DNA from: Candidatus Fraserbacteria bacterium
GTDB taxonomy: Bacteria; Bipolaricaulota; Bipolaricaulia; RBG-16-55-9; DRXL01
Direction of reading: 5' to 3'
DNA length: 64,000 nucleotides
Assembly: GCA_947085185.1 (NCBI GenBank)
Contig: CAMTVK010000001.1
Coordinates: 1 to 64,000, forward strand
Every line of letters starts with the position of its first letter. Positions within the stretch are counted from its first letter, which is position 1. The position numbers and the translations under genes are program-made. Below, piece by piece: positions 28,994 to 40,157 of this stretch. The notes under the pieces are model-generated. The model made no database searches. It had not been told where the DNA came from and saw only the letters and a list, made by a program, of their open reading frames with translations.

Positions 28994-30679
28994 ATGAATG
29001 TTCGCATCGGCTTGGCCCAGATCAACACGACCGTCGGCGCTCTCAAAGACAACCAAAAAAAAATCTTAGAATATCTTGAGCGCGCCCGCGCCGAAGATCT
29101 CGACATCATCGCCTTCCCAGAATTGACCCTGACCGGCTATCCCCCAGAAGACTTGCTCTTCCGAAAAGATTTTCTCCAAGCTACCCAAGACACCCTCGCA
29201 CAGATCGTCCCGCATGTGCACGATCTCGTCGCTATCCTAGGGTTCGTCGAGCATGACCAAGATCGCACATACAACGCCGCCGCGGTCATCTGCGATGGGC
29301 AACTCATAGGAGTCTATCGCAAGCATTGCTTGCCCAATTACGGGGTCTTCGATGAGCTCCGCTACTTCCATCCTGGGGAGAGCATCCCCGTCTTCACCGA
29401 TGGCCATCTCTCATTTGGGGTTACTATCTGCGAAGATCTCTGGCGCCCCGACGGCCCAATCACCGCTCAAGCCCGCGCCGGTGCCCAGCTCATTATGAAT
29501 ATTTCGGCCTCCCCCTATGAGCTTGGGAAACCCTATCAGCGCGAGACGCTGCTGGCTGCGCGGACCTCGCAAGACCATGTTGCTTGTGCGTTGTGCAACC
29601 TTGTGGGCGGACAGGATGAGCTCGTCTTCGACGGACAGAGTTTAATCTATGACCGAGACGGGAAGCTCGTAGCACGAGCCAAAGCGTTCGAAGAAGATCT
29701 CTTAATTGCTGATCTCTCGCTTCCCAAAGCACACCCGGTCGCATCGTCCCAAGTCTCTTTCGCGCTTCCTCGGGCCGTAGGACGCTATCCTGCCCAGAAG
29801 AGAGTGCCACGCATCGAACCACCCCTTCCCCAAGCCGAAGAGATCTATCGTGCCCTGGTGCTCGCCACAAGAGATTACGTGCGCAAGAACGGCTTTGAGA
29901 GGGTTCTTATTGGGCTATCGGGAGGGATTGACTCTTCTTTGGTCGCTTGCATTGCTGTCGATGCGCTGGGCCCGCAGAACGTCTTGGGAGTCTTTCTTCC
30001 TTCACGGTTCACATCATCCACAAGCCGCAAGAACGTGCAGCAGCTCGCTCAAAATCTCAAGATTGATCTTGTGACGCTCAACATAGACGCACTCTATGAG
30101 AGCGCGTTGCAAGAGCTTGACAGCGTGCTTGCGCACACGAAGCCCGACACGACCGAGGAGAACATTCAGGCGCGCCTGCGCGCCGTGCTCTGGATGGCGC
30201 TCTCTAATAAATTGGGAGCGTTGGTCTTAACTGCAGGCAACAAGAGCGAGTTGGCCGTGGGGTACGCCACGCTCTATGGGGACATGGCCGGTGGGTTTTG
30301 TGTGCTAAAAGATCTGACCAAGACGAGGGTCTATGAGCTGGCGCGCTGGCGCAATGCCCGGTCTGCCGTCATCCCCGAAAGTGTTCTTGAGCGTGCGCCG
30401 ACGGCGGAGCTGCGCCCCAATCAAACCGACGAAGAAGATCTCCCTGCGCCCTATCGCGATCTCGATCGCGTCATCGAAGCGTTCATCGAGCGCGGGCAAA
30501 GCCCCGACGAGATCGCCCAAGCGTTGCAGCTCCCCCAACACGTCGTGCACGCGATCATCGCGCTCATACAGAAGAGCGAGTACAAGCGTCGCCAAGCCCC
30601 CGTGGGGCCGAAGATCACCAAACGAGCCTTTGGGCGCGACTGGCGAGTGCCCATCGTCAATCGCTTTGAGCTCGCTTGA
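28994..30679 (+). CDS. nadE: Glutamine-dependent NAD+ synthetase
   Basis: Nitrilase domain (FPEL, ICEDLW) plus GLSGGIDS, ENIQAR and NKSE motifs. Confidence 0.96.
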   Translation: MNVRIGLAQINTTVGALKDNQKKILEYLERARAEDLDIIAFPELTLTGYPPEDLLFRKDFLQATQDTLAQIVPHVHDLVAILGFVEHDQDRTYNAAAVICDGQLIGVYRKHCLPNYGVFDELRYFHPGESIPVFTDGHLSFGVTICEDLWRPDGPITAQARAGAQLIMNISASPYELGKPYQRETLLAARTSQDHVACALCNLVGGQDELVFDGQSLIYDRDGKLVARAKAFEEDLLIADLSLPKAHPVASSQVSFALPRAVGRYPAQKRVPRIEPPLPQAEEIYRALVLATRDYVRKNGFERVLIGLSGGIDSSLVACIAVDALGPQNVLGVFLPSRFTSSTSRKNVQQLAQNLKIDLVTLNIDALYESALQELDSVLAHTKPDTTEENIQARLRAVLWMALSNKLGALVLTAGNKSELAVGYATLYGDMAGGFCVLKDLTKTRVYELARWRNARSAVIPESVLERAPTAELRPNQTDEEDLPAPYRDLDRVIEAFIERGQSPDEIAQALQLPQHVVHAIIALIQKSEYKRRQAPVGPKITKRAFGRDWRVPIVNRFELA

Positions 30680-30711
30680 AGGACGCGCTCGCATTCCCTA
30701 TAATAATTACG

Positions 30712-31461
30712 ATGACTGGCGAACGCTGGAACAATGTGATCTTAGTGTTCTTTCTTCTGGTTGGGCTTGGGGTCTTTATCGCTAAGGGGATCGCGCTCCT
30801 TGAGAGCTTCTGGTACACACCGACCGCCCAGAGCGTGCCGGCGCCTCAGACCCCCTTGGCGCAGCTCTCTGTCCTTGAGCGAGGCAAGCTCGTCTTTCAA
30901 GCAGCCGGGTGTATGTCGTGTCACCTAGCGCGCTTGGAACCCGGCGGCCCGATAGCAGGCTTCCCCGTCGGCCCAAGCTTGAGCAACGTTGGGCTCCGAC
31001 GCGATGAGCGCTGGCTCCGCGAGCATTATATAGACCCCCAGAAGCTGATCCCCGGCAGCATGATGAACTCGTTCGCTTATCTGCCCTCCGAGGAGCTCGA
31101 CGCGCTCGTCGCGTATATGAAGACGCTCACTCCCCAGTATGAGCCTGCCGAAGAGCCCACTGTCATGATCCCCGAGCGATTCACAACCGATCAAGTCGAG
31201 CGTGGCAGGGCCCTCTTCACCAGCCAGGGATGCGTAGGATGTCACACGATCGGCAAGACCGGCGGCCCCATCGGTCCCAATCTCACAAGAGCCGGGACGC
31301 TCGGGCGCACCGACGAATGGCAGCTGCAGCACCTCAAAGACCCTCTGTCGGTCTACGTGATCGGGCCCACAGATGGAATCCCCTGGCCGATGCCGCGCTT
31401 TGGCCATCTGTCCGATGAAGACCTTCAAGCGCTCGTGGCTTATCTGCAAAGCTTGCGCTAG
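30712..31461 (+). CDS. Membrane-anchored diheme c-type cytochrome (CcoO-like domains)
   Basis: CMSCH and CVGCH, each followed by GP.L and distal Met motifs; N-terminal TM helix. Confidence 0.88.
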   Translation: MTGERWNNVILVFFLLVGLGVFIAKGIALLESFWYTPTAQSVPAPQTPLAQLSVLERGKLVFQAAGCMSCHLARLEPGGPIAGFPVGPSLSNVGLRRDERWLREHYIDPQKLIPGSMMNSFAYLPSEELDALVAYMKTLTPQYEPAEEPTVMIPERFTTDQVERGRALFTSQGCVGCHTIGKTGGPIGPNLTRAGTLGRTDEWQLQHLKDPLSVYVIGPTDGIPWPMPRFGHLSDEDLQALVAYLQSLR

Positions 31462-34400
31462 TCTGTAAGCGTAGAGACGCGCAGTAGCCCAGCTTGGAGC
31501 GCCTTGATCGCGCCTACGAGCGCGTGAGCCCCTTCGAGAGTCGTCACGTACGGCACCCTATGCCGGACAGCGTTGATGCGAATGGCTGCTTCGTCCTGGT
31601 GAGCGCGCTTGCCGAGCGGCGTGTTGATCACCAGCTGGATCTCTCCGGCGCGGATCGCATCGCCAATATGGGGGTGCCCTTCGCTCACTTTCTTGATAGT
31701 GCGCACAGGCAGGCCCGCTCTCCGCAAGAAATCAGCTGTTCCGCGCGTTGCGATCAGCTCAAACCCCATCTCCGCCAACGCCTGCGCGACAGATACTATC
31801 AGGGGTTTGTCGCGGTCGTTGACGCTGATAAAGACGTGCCCCTCGGTGGGAAGCCGGCTCTTGAGGCTCAGCTGGGTCTTGGCAAAAGCTTCGCCCAAAG
31901 TCCGGCCTGAGCCCATCACCTCGCCGGTGCTCTTCATCTCCGGACCTAAGAGGGGATCTATGAGAAATCTATCGAACGGGAAGACGGGGGCTTTCACATG
32001 AAAGCCCTTCGGCTCTGGCTCTTTGGTGAACCCCAGCTCGCGCAATGGCACCCCGGCCATGACCATAGCAGCGATCTGTGCCAACGGCACACCCGTCGCT
32101 TTGCTCACAAACGGCACGGTGCGCGAGGCACGTGGGTTCACTTCTAACACATAGAGCTTCCCTTGCCGAACCGCATATTGAATATTCATGAGCCCGATGA
32201 CGTTGAGACGCTGGGCAAGTCTCTTTGTCACCGCGCGCACCTCGTCTACCAGCGAAGGGCTCAGGGTACAGGGGGGCAGCACGCAGCAGCTGTCCCCAGA
32301 ATGAATCCCTGCACGCTCGATGTGCTCCATAATCCCACCGATCACGCACTCTCTCCCGTCAGCCACGGCGTCCACATCAAGCTCGAGTGCGTCCTGAAGG
32401 AACTCGTCAATGAGGATGGGATGGGCAGGGGAGACGCGCACGGCCTCTTCGATATAGTGATCAAGATCGCTCCGGTCGTAACAGATGGCCATAGCGCGCC
32501 CACCGAGCACGTAACTGGGCCGCACCAGCACAGGAAACCCGATCTCTTCGGCTATCTGGAACGCCTCCTCTCGTGAGGACGCGCTGCCGCTGCGTGGCCG
32601 CCGGACGTTGAGCTCGTCTAGGATCACGGTAAATTTCTCGCGATCCTCGGCAAGATCAATATTCTCCGGGCTCGTTCCCCAAATGGGCACACCGTGCGCC
32701 TTGAGCGCCATCGCCAAGTTTAATGGAGTTTGGCCACCAAACTGCACGATCACCCCCTGGGGCTTCTCAACCTCAATGATATGTAAAACATCTTCGAGCG
32801 TGAGGGGCTCACAGTAGAGTCTCTCCGACGTATCGTAATCGGTGGAGACCGTCTCGGGGTTGCAGTTGATCATGATCGTCTCAAAGCCGAGCGCGCGCAG
32901 CGCAAACGCCGCATGACAACAACAATAATCGAACTCTATCCCCTGGCCAATTCGATACGGCCCACCGCCGAGCACGAGCACCTTCTTACGCTGTGTCGGT
33001 GTGGCTTCACATGCGTCGGCTTCATAGGTGGAGTAGAGATAGGGCGTGAGGGCTTCAAATTCTGCAGCACACGTGTCTACTCTCTTATAGACCGGGCGAA
33101 TGCCCAAGCGTGTTCTCTGAGCTCGCACCGCCGCCTCAGAAGTTTTGAGGATCTTCGCCAACGCCGCGTCGGAGAAGCCACAGCGCTTTGCCCGCAAGAG
33201 CATCTCTGAGGAGAGAGTCTCGAGAGCACAGCCCCGCAATGATCTCTCCAAGAGCGCCAGCTCTTCGATCTGTGTTAAAAACCACGGGTCTATCCCCGTC
33301 CAGCGGGCTAACTCCTCCACAGAGAGCCCGCAGAGCAACGCTTGATAGATCAAGAAGATCCTGTGAGGGTTTGGCCGCTCTAGAGAGCCTTTGAGAGACT
33401 CTGGGGAGAGCACAAGAGCGTCACTTACTCCGCCTAGACCCAAGCGCCCGATCTCCAGAGAGCGCACGGCTTTCTGGAGAGCTTCTTTGAACGTGCGTCC
33501 CAGAGCCATCACTTCCCCGACTGAGCGCATCTGCGTCGTCAGGGTCGTGTCGGCGCCGGGGAATTTCTCGAAATTCCAGCGAGGAATCTTGACAACCACG
33601 TAATCCATCGTGGGCTCAAAGCTCGCCGGGGTCTTCTTGGTGATATCGTTGGGCAACTCATCGAGCGTGTAGCCCACGGCGAGCTTGGCCGCGATCTTCG
33701 CGATGGGGAACCCCGTCGCTTTGGAAACGAGCGCGGAGCTGCGGCTGACCCGCGGGTTCATCTCGATGACGAGCATTCTGCCGTCATGGGGATTGACAGC
33801 AAACTGAATATTGCTCCCCCCAGTCTCGACGCCCACCGCTCGGATCACTCTGATAGCCCAGTCGCGCATTTGTTGATATTCTTTATCGCTGAGCGTCTGG
33901 GCCGGCGCCACCGTGATCGAGTCTCCGGTGTGGACGCCCATGGGATCGAAGTTCTCTATCGAGCAGACGACGACCACTGTATCGTTCCGATCGCGCATCA
34001 CTTCGAGCTCGAATTCCTTCCAGCCGATCACAGATTCTTCTAGTAAGACCTCGTGCACGGGGCTTTGGGCCAGCCCGTGTGCCACGATCGTACGCAGTTC
34101 TTCGCCGGTGTGAGCGACGCCGCTGCCCTCGCCCCCAAGGGTGAACGATGGCCGAACCAAGATGGGATAGTTCAACTCACAGGAGATCGCAAGGGCTTGC
34201 TCCCACGACCGAGCTAGACCTCCACGGGGCACAGGAAGCCCAATGCGCTCCATAGTCTCTTTAAAGAGCAATCGGTCTTCAGCGATCTCGATAGCATGGC
34301 GTGCAGCCCCGATCAGCTCGACGCCATAGCGCTCGAAGATCCCAGCGCGGGCAAGTGCCACCGCGAGATTGAGAGCGGTTTGGCCGCCTACGGTGGGCAA

Positions 34401-34658
34401 GAGCGCGTCCGGGCGCTCTCGCATGATAATTTTCTCTAAAATCTCCGGGACGAGCGGTTCAAGATACACCCGCGTCGCGCTCTGCGGATCGGTCATGATC
34501 GTTGCGGGGTTGTTGTTCACCAAGATCACGTCATAGCCCTCTTCGCGGAGGGCTTTGCAAGCTTGGCTCCCTGAATAGTCAAACTCTCCCGCCTGACCGA
34601 TGATAATCGGCCCGGAACCGATCACCAAGATCTTCTTGAGATCAGGGCGTTTGGGCAT
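31458..34658 (-). CDS. carB: Carbamoyl-phosphate synthase large subunit
   Basis: [18 protein letters not shown], duplicated ATP-grasp domains and an MGS domain. Confidence 0.98.
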   Translation of the reverse strand: MPKRPDLKKILVIGSGPIIIGQAGEFDYSGSQACKALREEGYDVILVNNNPATIMTDPQSATRVYLEPLVPEILEKIIMRERPDALLPTVGGQTALNLAVALARAGIFERYGVELIGAARHAIEIAEDRLLFKETMERIGLPVPRGGLARSWEQALAISCELNYPILVRPSFTLGGEGSGVAHTGEELRTIVAHGLAQSPVHEVLLEESVIGWKEFELEVMRDRNDTVVVVCSIENFDPMGVHTGDSITVAPAQTLSDKEYQQMRDWAIRVIRAVGVETGGSNIQFAVNPHDGRMLVIEMNPRVSRSSALVSKATGFPIAKIAAKLAVGYTLDELPNDITKKTPASFEPTMDYVVVKIPRWNFEKFPGADTTLTTQMRSVGEVMALGRTFKEALQKAVRSLEIGRLGLGGVSDALVLSPESLKGSLERPNPHRIFLIYQALLCGLSVEELARWTGIDPWFLTQIEELALLERSLRGCALETLSSEMLLRAKRCGFSDAALAKILKTSEAAVRAQRTRLGIRPVYKRVDTCAAEFEALTPYLYSTYEADACEATPTQRKKVLVLGGGPYRIGQGIEFDYCCCHAAFALRALGFETIMINCNPETVSTDYDTSERLYCEPLTLEDVLHIIEVEKPQGVIVQFGGQTPLNLAMALKAHGVPIWGTSPENIDLAEDREKFTVILDELNVRRPRSGSASSREEAFQIAEEIGFPVLVRPSYVLGGRAMAICYDRSDLDHYIEEAVRVSPAHPILIDEFLQDALELDVDAVADGRECVIGGIMEHIERAGIHSGDSCCVLPPCTLSPSLVDEVRAVTKRLAQRLNVIGLMNIQYAVRQGKLYVLEVNPRASRTVPFVSKATGVPLAQIAAMVMAGVPLRELGFTKEPEPKGFHVKAPVFPFDRFLIDPLLGPEMKSTGEVMGSGRTLGEAFAKTQLSLKSRLPTEGHVFISVNDRDKPLIVSVAQALAEMGFELIATRGTADFLRRAGLPVRTIKKVSEGHPHIGDAIRAGEIQLVINTPLGKRAHQDEAAIRINAVRHRVPYVTTLEGAHALVGAIKALQAGLLRVSTLTD

Positions 34659-35766
34659 GGGCGACCTTCACATTAGTACTCTCTCTATGAGCGCGCGTCA
34701 TCGTCTCCATAAGATGCTCGAAGAACCCAAGGGCATCGTGCGGCCCCGGCGATGCTTCGGGGTGATACTGCACCCCAAAGACAGGGAGCATCTTGTGTCG
34801 AAAGCCTTCAATAGAGCCGTCGTTGAGGTTGATATGGGTCAGCTCTAACTCTTTGGGGAGGTCGGCCAGGGCAAATCCGTGATTATGGGACGTGATCTCG
34901 ACTTTGCCCGTGAGCAGATTTTTAACGGGCTGATTGGCGCCGTGATGGCCAAATTTGAGCTTATACGTACGCGCTCCCAGCGCCAGCCCTAAGATCTGAT
35001 GCCCCAGGCAGATACCGAAGATCGGGCAACGCTGAGAAGCGATCAACTGGCGCGCGGTGCGCACGGCCTCGGTGAGGATGGCCGGGTCGCCAGGACCGTT
35101 GGAGAGCACGATCCCGTCGGGATGGAGCGCAAGGATTTGCGCAGCATCCCAACGCGCCGGGACGACCGTGATGTGCGGAGCGCGGGCACGCAGCTGGCGC
35201 AAAAGAGAGCGCTTCACCCCAAAGTCTACCACGACGATGTGCCAGCTTGGGCAAGATCTCTCCTCCTCCCATGAGTACGGCTCGGTGCAGCTTACGCGGC
35301 TGACCCAGTCGAACTCTGAGAGGGTCGGCGCACACCGAGCTCGCTCGACAAGCTCATGGGGATCTCTATCGGTGCTAGAGATGCAACCGCGCATGGCTCC
35401 GCGCTCGCGAATATGGCGCGTCAGCGCGCGCGTATCTATCTCGCAGATCCCGACAATATCGTGTGCTTTCAGATAGCAATCCAAGCGAACCCGCCCGCGC
35501 CAGTTAGAGAATTCTTGAGAAAATTCTCGCACGATGAGCCCCTGCACCCACGGACGCGCCGATTCGGCATCGTCGGGGTTGATCCCATAATTGCCAATAT
35601 GCGGGTACGTCATGCACACGATCTGGCCCGCGTAAGAAGGATCCGTGAGGATCTCTTGGTAGCCGGTCATCCCCGTGTTGAAGACGACTTCGCCTTCGCG
35701 AATCCCCGAGGCGCCGAAGGCTCGCCCGCGAAAGACCTTTCCATCTTCGAGGGCTAGCAACGCCAT
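34642..35766 (-). CDS. carA: Carbamoyl-phosphate synthase small subunit
   Basis: [28 protein letters not shown] and [10 protein letters not shown] motifs. Confidence 0.97.
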   Translation of the reverse strand: MALLALEDGKVFRGRAFGASGIREGEVVFNTGMTGYQEILTDPSYAGQIVCMTYPHIGNYGINPDDAESARPWVQGLIVREFSQEFSNWRGRVRLDCYLKAHDIVGICEIDTRALTRHIRERGAMRGCISSTDRDPHELVERARCAPTLSEFDWVSRVSCTEPYSWEEERSCPSWHIVVVDFGVKRSLLRQLRARAPHITVVPARWDAAQILALHPDGIVLSNGPGDPAILTEAVRTARQLIASQRCPIFGICLGHQILGLALGARTYKLKFGHHGANQPVKNLLTGKVEITSHNHGFALADLPKELELTHINLNDGSIEGFRHKMLPVFGVQYHPEASPGPHDALGFFEHLMETMTRAHRESTNVKVAHAQTP

Positions 35767-35784
35767 ATCTTCCCTCCCCCGCCC

Positions 35785-35827
35785 AAAAAAACTGGGCCAG
35801 TCCGCCTCTGCGGCGGCTGGCCCAGTT
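35785..35827 (-). terminator. Intrinsic terminator (attenuator) in the carA leader
   Basis: Hairpin AACTGGGCCAGCCGCC-GCAGA-GGCGGACTGGCCCAG followed by T7, just upstream of the carA SD. Confidence 0.8.
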
Positions 35828-35893
35828 CTTCGTTCATTATTATACAGAGTCGCACGGTCTGAGCCGGATCACCTCAAGAGCACGTTGGCGCGT

Positions 35894-35922
35894 ATTATAG
35901 CACAGCCTTGGGCAAAGGTCAA
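35894..35922 (-). promoter_or_regulatory. carAB promoter
   Basis: TTGACC-17-TATAAT with extended TG. Confidence 0.75.
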
Positions 35923-35981
35923 ACGCGACCAACACTTGCGAGCACGGGCTCCTATATGCTATCTTGTCGCCCGGAGCATCT

Positions 35982-37274
35982 ATGTACAGCATACGACTTC
36001 GTGGCATCTATGCGACGGCGCTGGCCGCCCTCGTCCTCCACCATCGGTGGAGGGTTGTCCAACCGACGCCAGAGCTTCAGCCCTATCTGGCCACAGATGA
36101 TCGCTTTGCCCCTTTCGACCTCGATATTCAAAGCCGTCCCGACAAGCATGGAATTACTGCAATAGGAGCCCCAGAGCCGTTGGATGCGCTCAAAGAGCTC
36201 TTCTTCGCGGAGCTGCTTGACGTCATCTGTGTGCCGGCTCTGGTGGAGCCGGGCGCGATCTATCTGGGCATTGTGCACAAGAGGCGCGCCCAGGGGTATG
36301 AGATCGATTTGGGGGAGCTCACGGGTTTTCTGCCTCAGACGGAGCTGGCGCGCCCGCTGCGCAGAGGCGAAGCTATCCCCGTTCAGATCAAAGAGCTCGC
36401 CTCCCCTCACCCTCTCGTGACTACGCACTTGAGCGTCGCCGGACAGTTCGTGGTGCTCTCCCAAGAACCAGGGGTAGGCATCAGCAAAGAGATTACTGAC
36501 CCGCAAGAGCGAGAACGGCTTTTAGCTCTAGGACAACGCTCCTGCACCAACGGCTGGGGGGTGATCTGGCGCACCAGCGCCTATCGCAGAGATAGTCACG
36601 AGCTTGTGCGCGAAGTCAAGCGCTTACAGCGAGAGCTCCCCAAGCTCTCAGACCATCCTGAAGAGGGCATCCCTGGCAAGCTGCTCCCAGGACAGAGCGC
36701 CTTGCTTGTGGAGTTCCCCGGTGCTAGCAAACAAGCTCTCGATCAATGGCGGGCGCGTCTGATCCCCACAGAGTTAGGGTATCACGCTCAGCAGATCGCT
36801 CCGATCACGCGCAATCTCGCACAAGGAGACCCCATAGCCGTCGAGCACGTGAAGGTCCAGGGCGATCTCATAGTGCTGACGGGCCGTGTGGTCTCTGCAA
36901 GCCCTCAGCATATCACGGTGCGCCGCGACATCAAGAGCCCGGGGCTCTACGATGGGCTTGCTCTTCCCAAAGAGCCCGGAGACTACGCCGTGACCGAGTT
37001 CCGTCGCAATACATGGCACTACGAGACGCGCTACTACTCGTGCGATGGGCGGCTCAAGGGAATTTATATAAATATCAATACCCCCATCGAGATTTACTCA
37101 GATCGCGTGCGCTATATCGATCTGGAGCTCGATGTCGTTCAGCGTCCTGGCGAGCCCGCGCAGATCATTGACGAGATGGAGTTCTTGCGCATCGCGCCGT
37201 ATGTGAGCAGGGGAGCGCTCGAGCGAGCACGCGCCTCTGCAGCTGACTGCGCGCGCCTCCTTGATAGAGTATAA
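35982..37274 (+). CDS. FAU-1-like ribonuclease (S1 + RNase G-like N-terminus + DUF402)
   Basis: IRLRGIYATAL, WGVIWRTSA, YDGLALPKEPGDYAVT and YININTPIEIY…YIDLELDV motifs. Confidence 0.85.
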   Translation: MYSIRLRGIYATALAALVLHHRWRVVQPTPELQPYLATDDRFAPFDLDIQSRPDKHGITAIGAPEPLDALKELFFAELLDVICVPALVEPGAIYLGIVHKRRAQGYEIDLGELTGFLPQTELARPLRRGEAIPVQIKELASPHPLVTTHLSVAGQFVVLSQEPGVGISKEITDPQERERLLALGQRSCTNGWGVIWRTSAYRRDSHELVREVKRLQRELPKLSDHPEEGIPGKLLPGQSALLVEFPGASKQALDQWRARLIPTELGYHAQQIAPITRNLAQGDPIAVEHVKVQGDLIVLTGRVVSASPQHITVRRDIKSPGLYDGLALPKEPGDYAVTEFRRNTWHYETRYYSCDGRLKGIYININTPIEIYSDRVRYIDLELDVVQRPGEPAQIIDEMEFLRIAPYVSRGALERARASAADCARLLDRV

Positions 37275-37307
37275 TATGGGGACACTCTACGACGGAGGAG
37301 ATCAGCT

Positions 37308-37985
37308 ATGAGCGCCAAGCGCCAAAAATCCCTGCCCAAGATGCCTTGGTATCGTCAGCCCATCGTGTTGGGTATCGCTGTCGGGGGGGTAGTCACCGTG
37401 GGACTCATCGTGCTGACGATGGCTCTCTCACGGCCCGGGGAGAGCTTCCAAGTGACGCGCCCCGTGGGAAGTGACTTTCTCCCGGAGATGGGCGATCAGG
37501 GCGCCCCAGTGACGGTCTACGAATATTCTGATTTCCAGTGTCCCGCCTGCGGCGACTTTGCACGGCAGTATAAGAAGAAGATCGAAGAAGATTATATTAA
37601 GACGAACAAAGTGCGGTGGGTCTTCAAAAACTTTGCGTTCTTAGGGCCGGAATCAGAGTGGGCTGCCCAAGCGGCCTATTGCGCGGCAGAGCAAGGGGGC
37701 TTCTGGGCCTATCACGATAAGCTCTTTGCCAATCAGAGGGGCAAGAACCGCGGGACGTTCAGCACGAATAATTTAGTGCGGTTCGCCCGCGAGCTGGGCC
37801 TCAAAGAACAAGATTTCAAAGAGTGCTTGGACTCCGGACGCTATAAGCAAAAAGTCCAAGACGAGCGTCGCGAGGGCCAAGCCCAAGGGGTTAACTCTAC
37901 ACCGAGCTTCATCGTCAACGGGCAGTTAGTGCGCGGCGCCGATTATCTAGGGCTGCGTGCGCTGATCCAACGCTTTCTGCGGTGA
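37308..37985 (+). CDS. Membrane-anchored DsbA/BdbD-family thiol-disulfide oxidoreductase
   Basis: EYSDFQCPAC and GVNSTPSF cis-Pro loop. Confidence 0.92.
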   Translation: MSAKRQKSLPKMPWYRQPIVLGIAVGGVVTVGLIVLTMALSRPGESFQVTRPVGSDFLPEMGDQGAPVTVYEYSDFQCPACGDFARQYKKKIEEDYIKTNKVRWVFKNFAFLGPESEWAAQAAYCAAEQGGFWAYHDKLFANQRGKNRGTFSTNNLVRFARELGLKEQDFKECLDSGRYKQKVQDERREGQAQGVNSTPSFIVNGQLVRGADYLGLRALIQRFLR

Positions 37986-38446
37986 TCTCAATGGCCCAGT
38001 GGCGGCTGTGGGGCATCTTATTCTTATCAGTGATCGGCGTTGGGGTCTCGAGCTACCTCACGTATGAGAAATTGAGCGGGGGAGAGCTCGTGTGTTTGGG
38101 GGGCGGCCAAGGGTGTGAGACGGTGCAAAACAGCCCATACAGTCAGATTGGCCCCGTCCCGGTGGCGGCTCTTGGGCTGCTGGGATATCTACTCTTTGGC
38201 ATCGTCACCATACTGCAGATGCGAGAGCGCTTATGGGAGAGGCGTCGGCTGCTGGCAGGGCTGAACTTTGGGCTGGCGCTGGGGGCTTCTCTCTATTCGC
38301 TCTATCTCACGTATCTTGAGGTGTTTGTCATCTATGCCATCTGCACGTGGTGCGTGGTCTCTGCGGTGCTGGTGACGCTCATTTTGATGGGAGCGCTGTG
38401 GGAGCTTGGCGTGCTCAGCAAGGAGACGCAAAAGCTCAGCGACTGA
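37982..38446 (+). CDS. Vitamin K epoxide reductase (VKOR) family protein
   Basis: C…GCETVQNSPYS and ICTWCVVS motifs, about four TM helices. Confidence 0.92.
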   Translation: MISMAQWRLWGILFLSVIGVGVSSYLTYEKLSGGELVCLGGGQGCETVQNSPYSQIGPVPVAALGLLGYLLFGIVTILQMRERLWERRRLLAGLNFGLALGASLYSLYLTYLEVFVIYAICTWCVVSAVLVTLILMGALWELGVLSKETQKLSD

Positions 38447-38474
38447 GAAGGCTCTCGGCGTAAGAGGAGGGCAC

Positions 38475-40157
38475 ATGCGACGCGGCCTTATAGAGCTTCT
38501 GATGGTGATGCTCACAGCAGCAGTGTATGGGCAAGCCACCTTGGCAGGGCCGCGCATTGAAGCTGTAGAACTGGGGTTCAATGGGCGTTTCTTCCCGGGA
38601 TCGCTGACCCCTCTGGCCGTCTCTCTGAGCCACAGCGGAGCAGCTCAGATCTTCACCCTTGAAGTCTCCCAAGAAGTTCGTGAGATCACCGAGCGCAGCT
38701 CTGTCGAACGGCTGCGTCTGCCGGTGCACCTCAGCAGGGGGGCACGCAAGACCGTCTCTTTTGATTTTCTGATCAGGAGCGTGAGCGCCCCGGTGCAGAT
38801 CCGACTCTTCGCCGATGGGAGAGAGCTTGCCGGCACAGCTCTCCAGATGCGCGAGCGCTGGAGTGAGGTCCCGCTGACGTTGGGGCTCGGCGTAGATAAT
38901 CTTGAGCTCATAGATCTTGAGCTCATAGAGCCCGAAAGACTTCCTACGCGCTGGACGAGCTATGACGGCGTTGCGCGTCTTCTATGGGGGCGGCTGGACC
39001 CGGGGCGCCTCAGTCTAGAGCAGCGTGAGGCCCTGCATGCGTGGCTCCTGCAAGGGGGCCACTTGATCATACTTACCGGGGAGAATTGGTACGAGCAAAC
39101 GAGTACGAGAGAGGACTGGTGGAGCCGGCTTTTGCCCATCACTCACGGACGCCCAGTCCTAAGAGCGCTTGAGGGCCGTCAAGTCCTGTGGGTCGAAGGC
39201 ACGATGCGCCCAGGAGCGCGCGTCGCTGAGAGAGCTCACGGATTGCCCATGGCATGGGAGCGCCCTATCGGAGAGGGAAAGGTCGTACTGGTCGCCGTAG
39301 CAACGTTGCCCAAAGAGTCCTTGCAGTCGGGCAATACTCGCGAGACCGCAGAACAAGATCGCATGATCACCAAAGCGCTCGGCGCCCTCATCGTGCCCTT
39401 CCCCTCTCGCGAGGTGATCGGTGCGCTGCTTATACTCTTCGTCGTAGGGTTTGGCCTCGGCGGGGTATTTGTGACGCGCTGGAAGAGATTGCCCTTATGG
39501 GGTGCGCTCTCCTCGGTGGCCATCGCAGGTGTGCTTGTGGGGTACGGGCACAGCCCGGAGTTCTCCCGCGCACGGTATGTCTTGGATCTTGGGGTGGTGC
39601 GGGGCTGGCAAGGGGAGCCGTTCTTCTGGGAGCAGAGTTGGTATGGGGTCTTCTTGCGCCATGCCCAAGATGTCGCGCTGGGAGTGTCGGGTGACTTGGT
39701 GCGCGCCATTGGGGGAGGCGCGTGGATGGAGCTTGCGCGCGAAAGATCTCTGCGCTTCTGGGGCGAGCGCGAGTCGGCACACTTCTTTCATGCCCAGCGT
39801 ATGGTGAAGTCGTTCGTTCTGTTCTCGTTGGACGAAGCCTCCCTCCAGGTGCGCATCTCCAACAGAGCTTCGGCAGCTCTTGCGGATGTTGTCGTGCATT
39901 GGGGTGGGGCGTTGTATAGACTAGGGACGATTGCGGCAGGCGCTGAGCTCGTGCGATCGCTGAGAGCGCTTGTGCCAATACCCCCGCGCCAGTGGCTTGA
40001 GGGGCTTTCAGAGAGGCGTCGGATGCTTGCGAACCAGTGGGGCAGTGGCCCAGAGGGTCTTCGGCTTATGGGATGGCTGGAGGACAGCTCACTGTGGGCG
40101 AAGGCTTCGGGTGAAGCCCGAACGGTCCTCCGGCTCGTCGTCGTTGAGGGAACTTGA
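38475..40157 (+). CDS. Membrane protein with a GATase-like extracytoplasmic domain
   Basis: Signal peptide, ALHAWLLQGGHLII, IGEGKV, TM pair; SD AGGAGG. Confidence 0.75.
   Translation: MRRGLIELLMVMLTAAVYGQATLAGPRIEAVELGFNGRFFPGSLTPLAVSLSHSGAAQIFTLEVSQEVREITERSSVERLRLPVHLSRGARKTVSFDFLIRSVSAPVQIRLFADGRELAGTALQMRERWSEVPLTLGLGVDNLELIDLELIEPERLPTRWTSYDGVARLLWGRLDPGRLSLEQREALHAWLLQGGHLIILTGENWYEQTSTREDWWSRLLPITHGRPVLRALEGRQVLWVEGTMRPGARVAERAHGLPMAWERPIGEGKVVLVAVATLPKESLQSGNTRETAEQDRMITKALGALIVPFPSREVIGALLILFVVGFGLGGVFVTRWKRLPLWGALSSVAIAGVLVGYGHSPEFSRARYVLDLGVVRGWQGEPFFWEQSWYGVFLRHAQDVALGVSGDLVRAIGGGAWMELARERSLRFWGERESAHFFHAQRMVKSFVLFSLDEASLQVRISNRASAALADVVVHWGGALYRLGTIAAGAELVRSLRALVPIPPRQWLEGLSERRRMLANQWGSGPEGLRLMGWLEDSSLWAKASGEARTVLRLVVVEGT

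Noticed and set aside
35800..35820. PyrR-binding loop in the carA leader (CCGCAGAGGC)
   Set aside because: Deviates from ARUCCNGNGAGGYU and lies inside the terminator itself.
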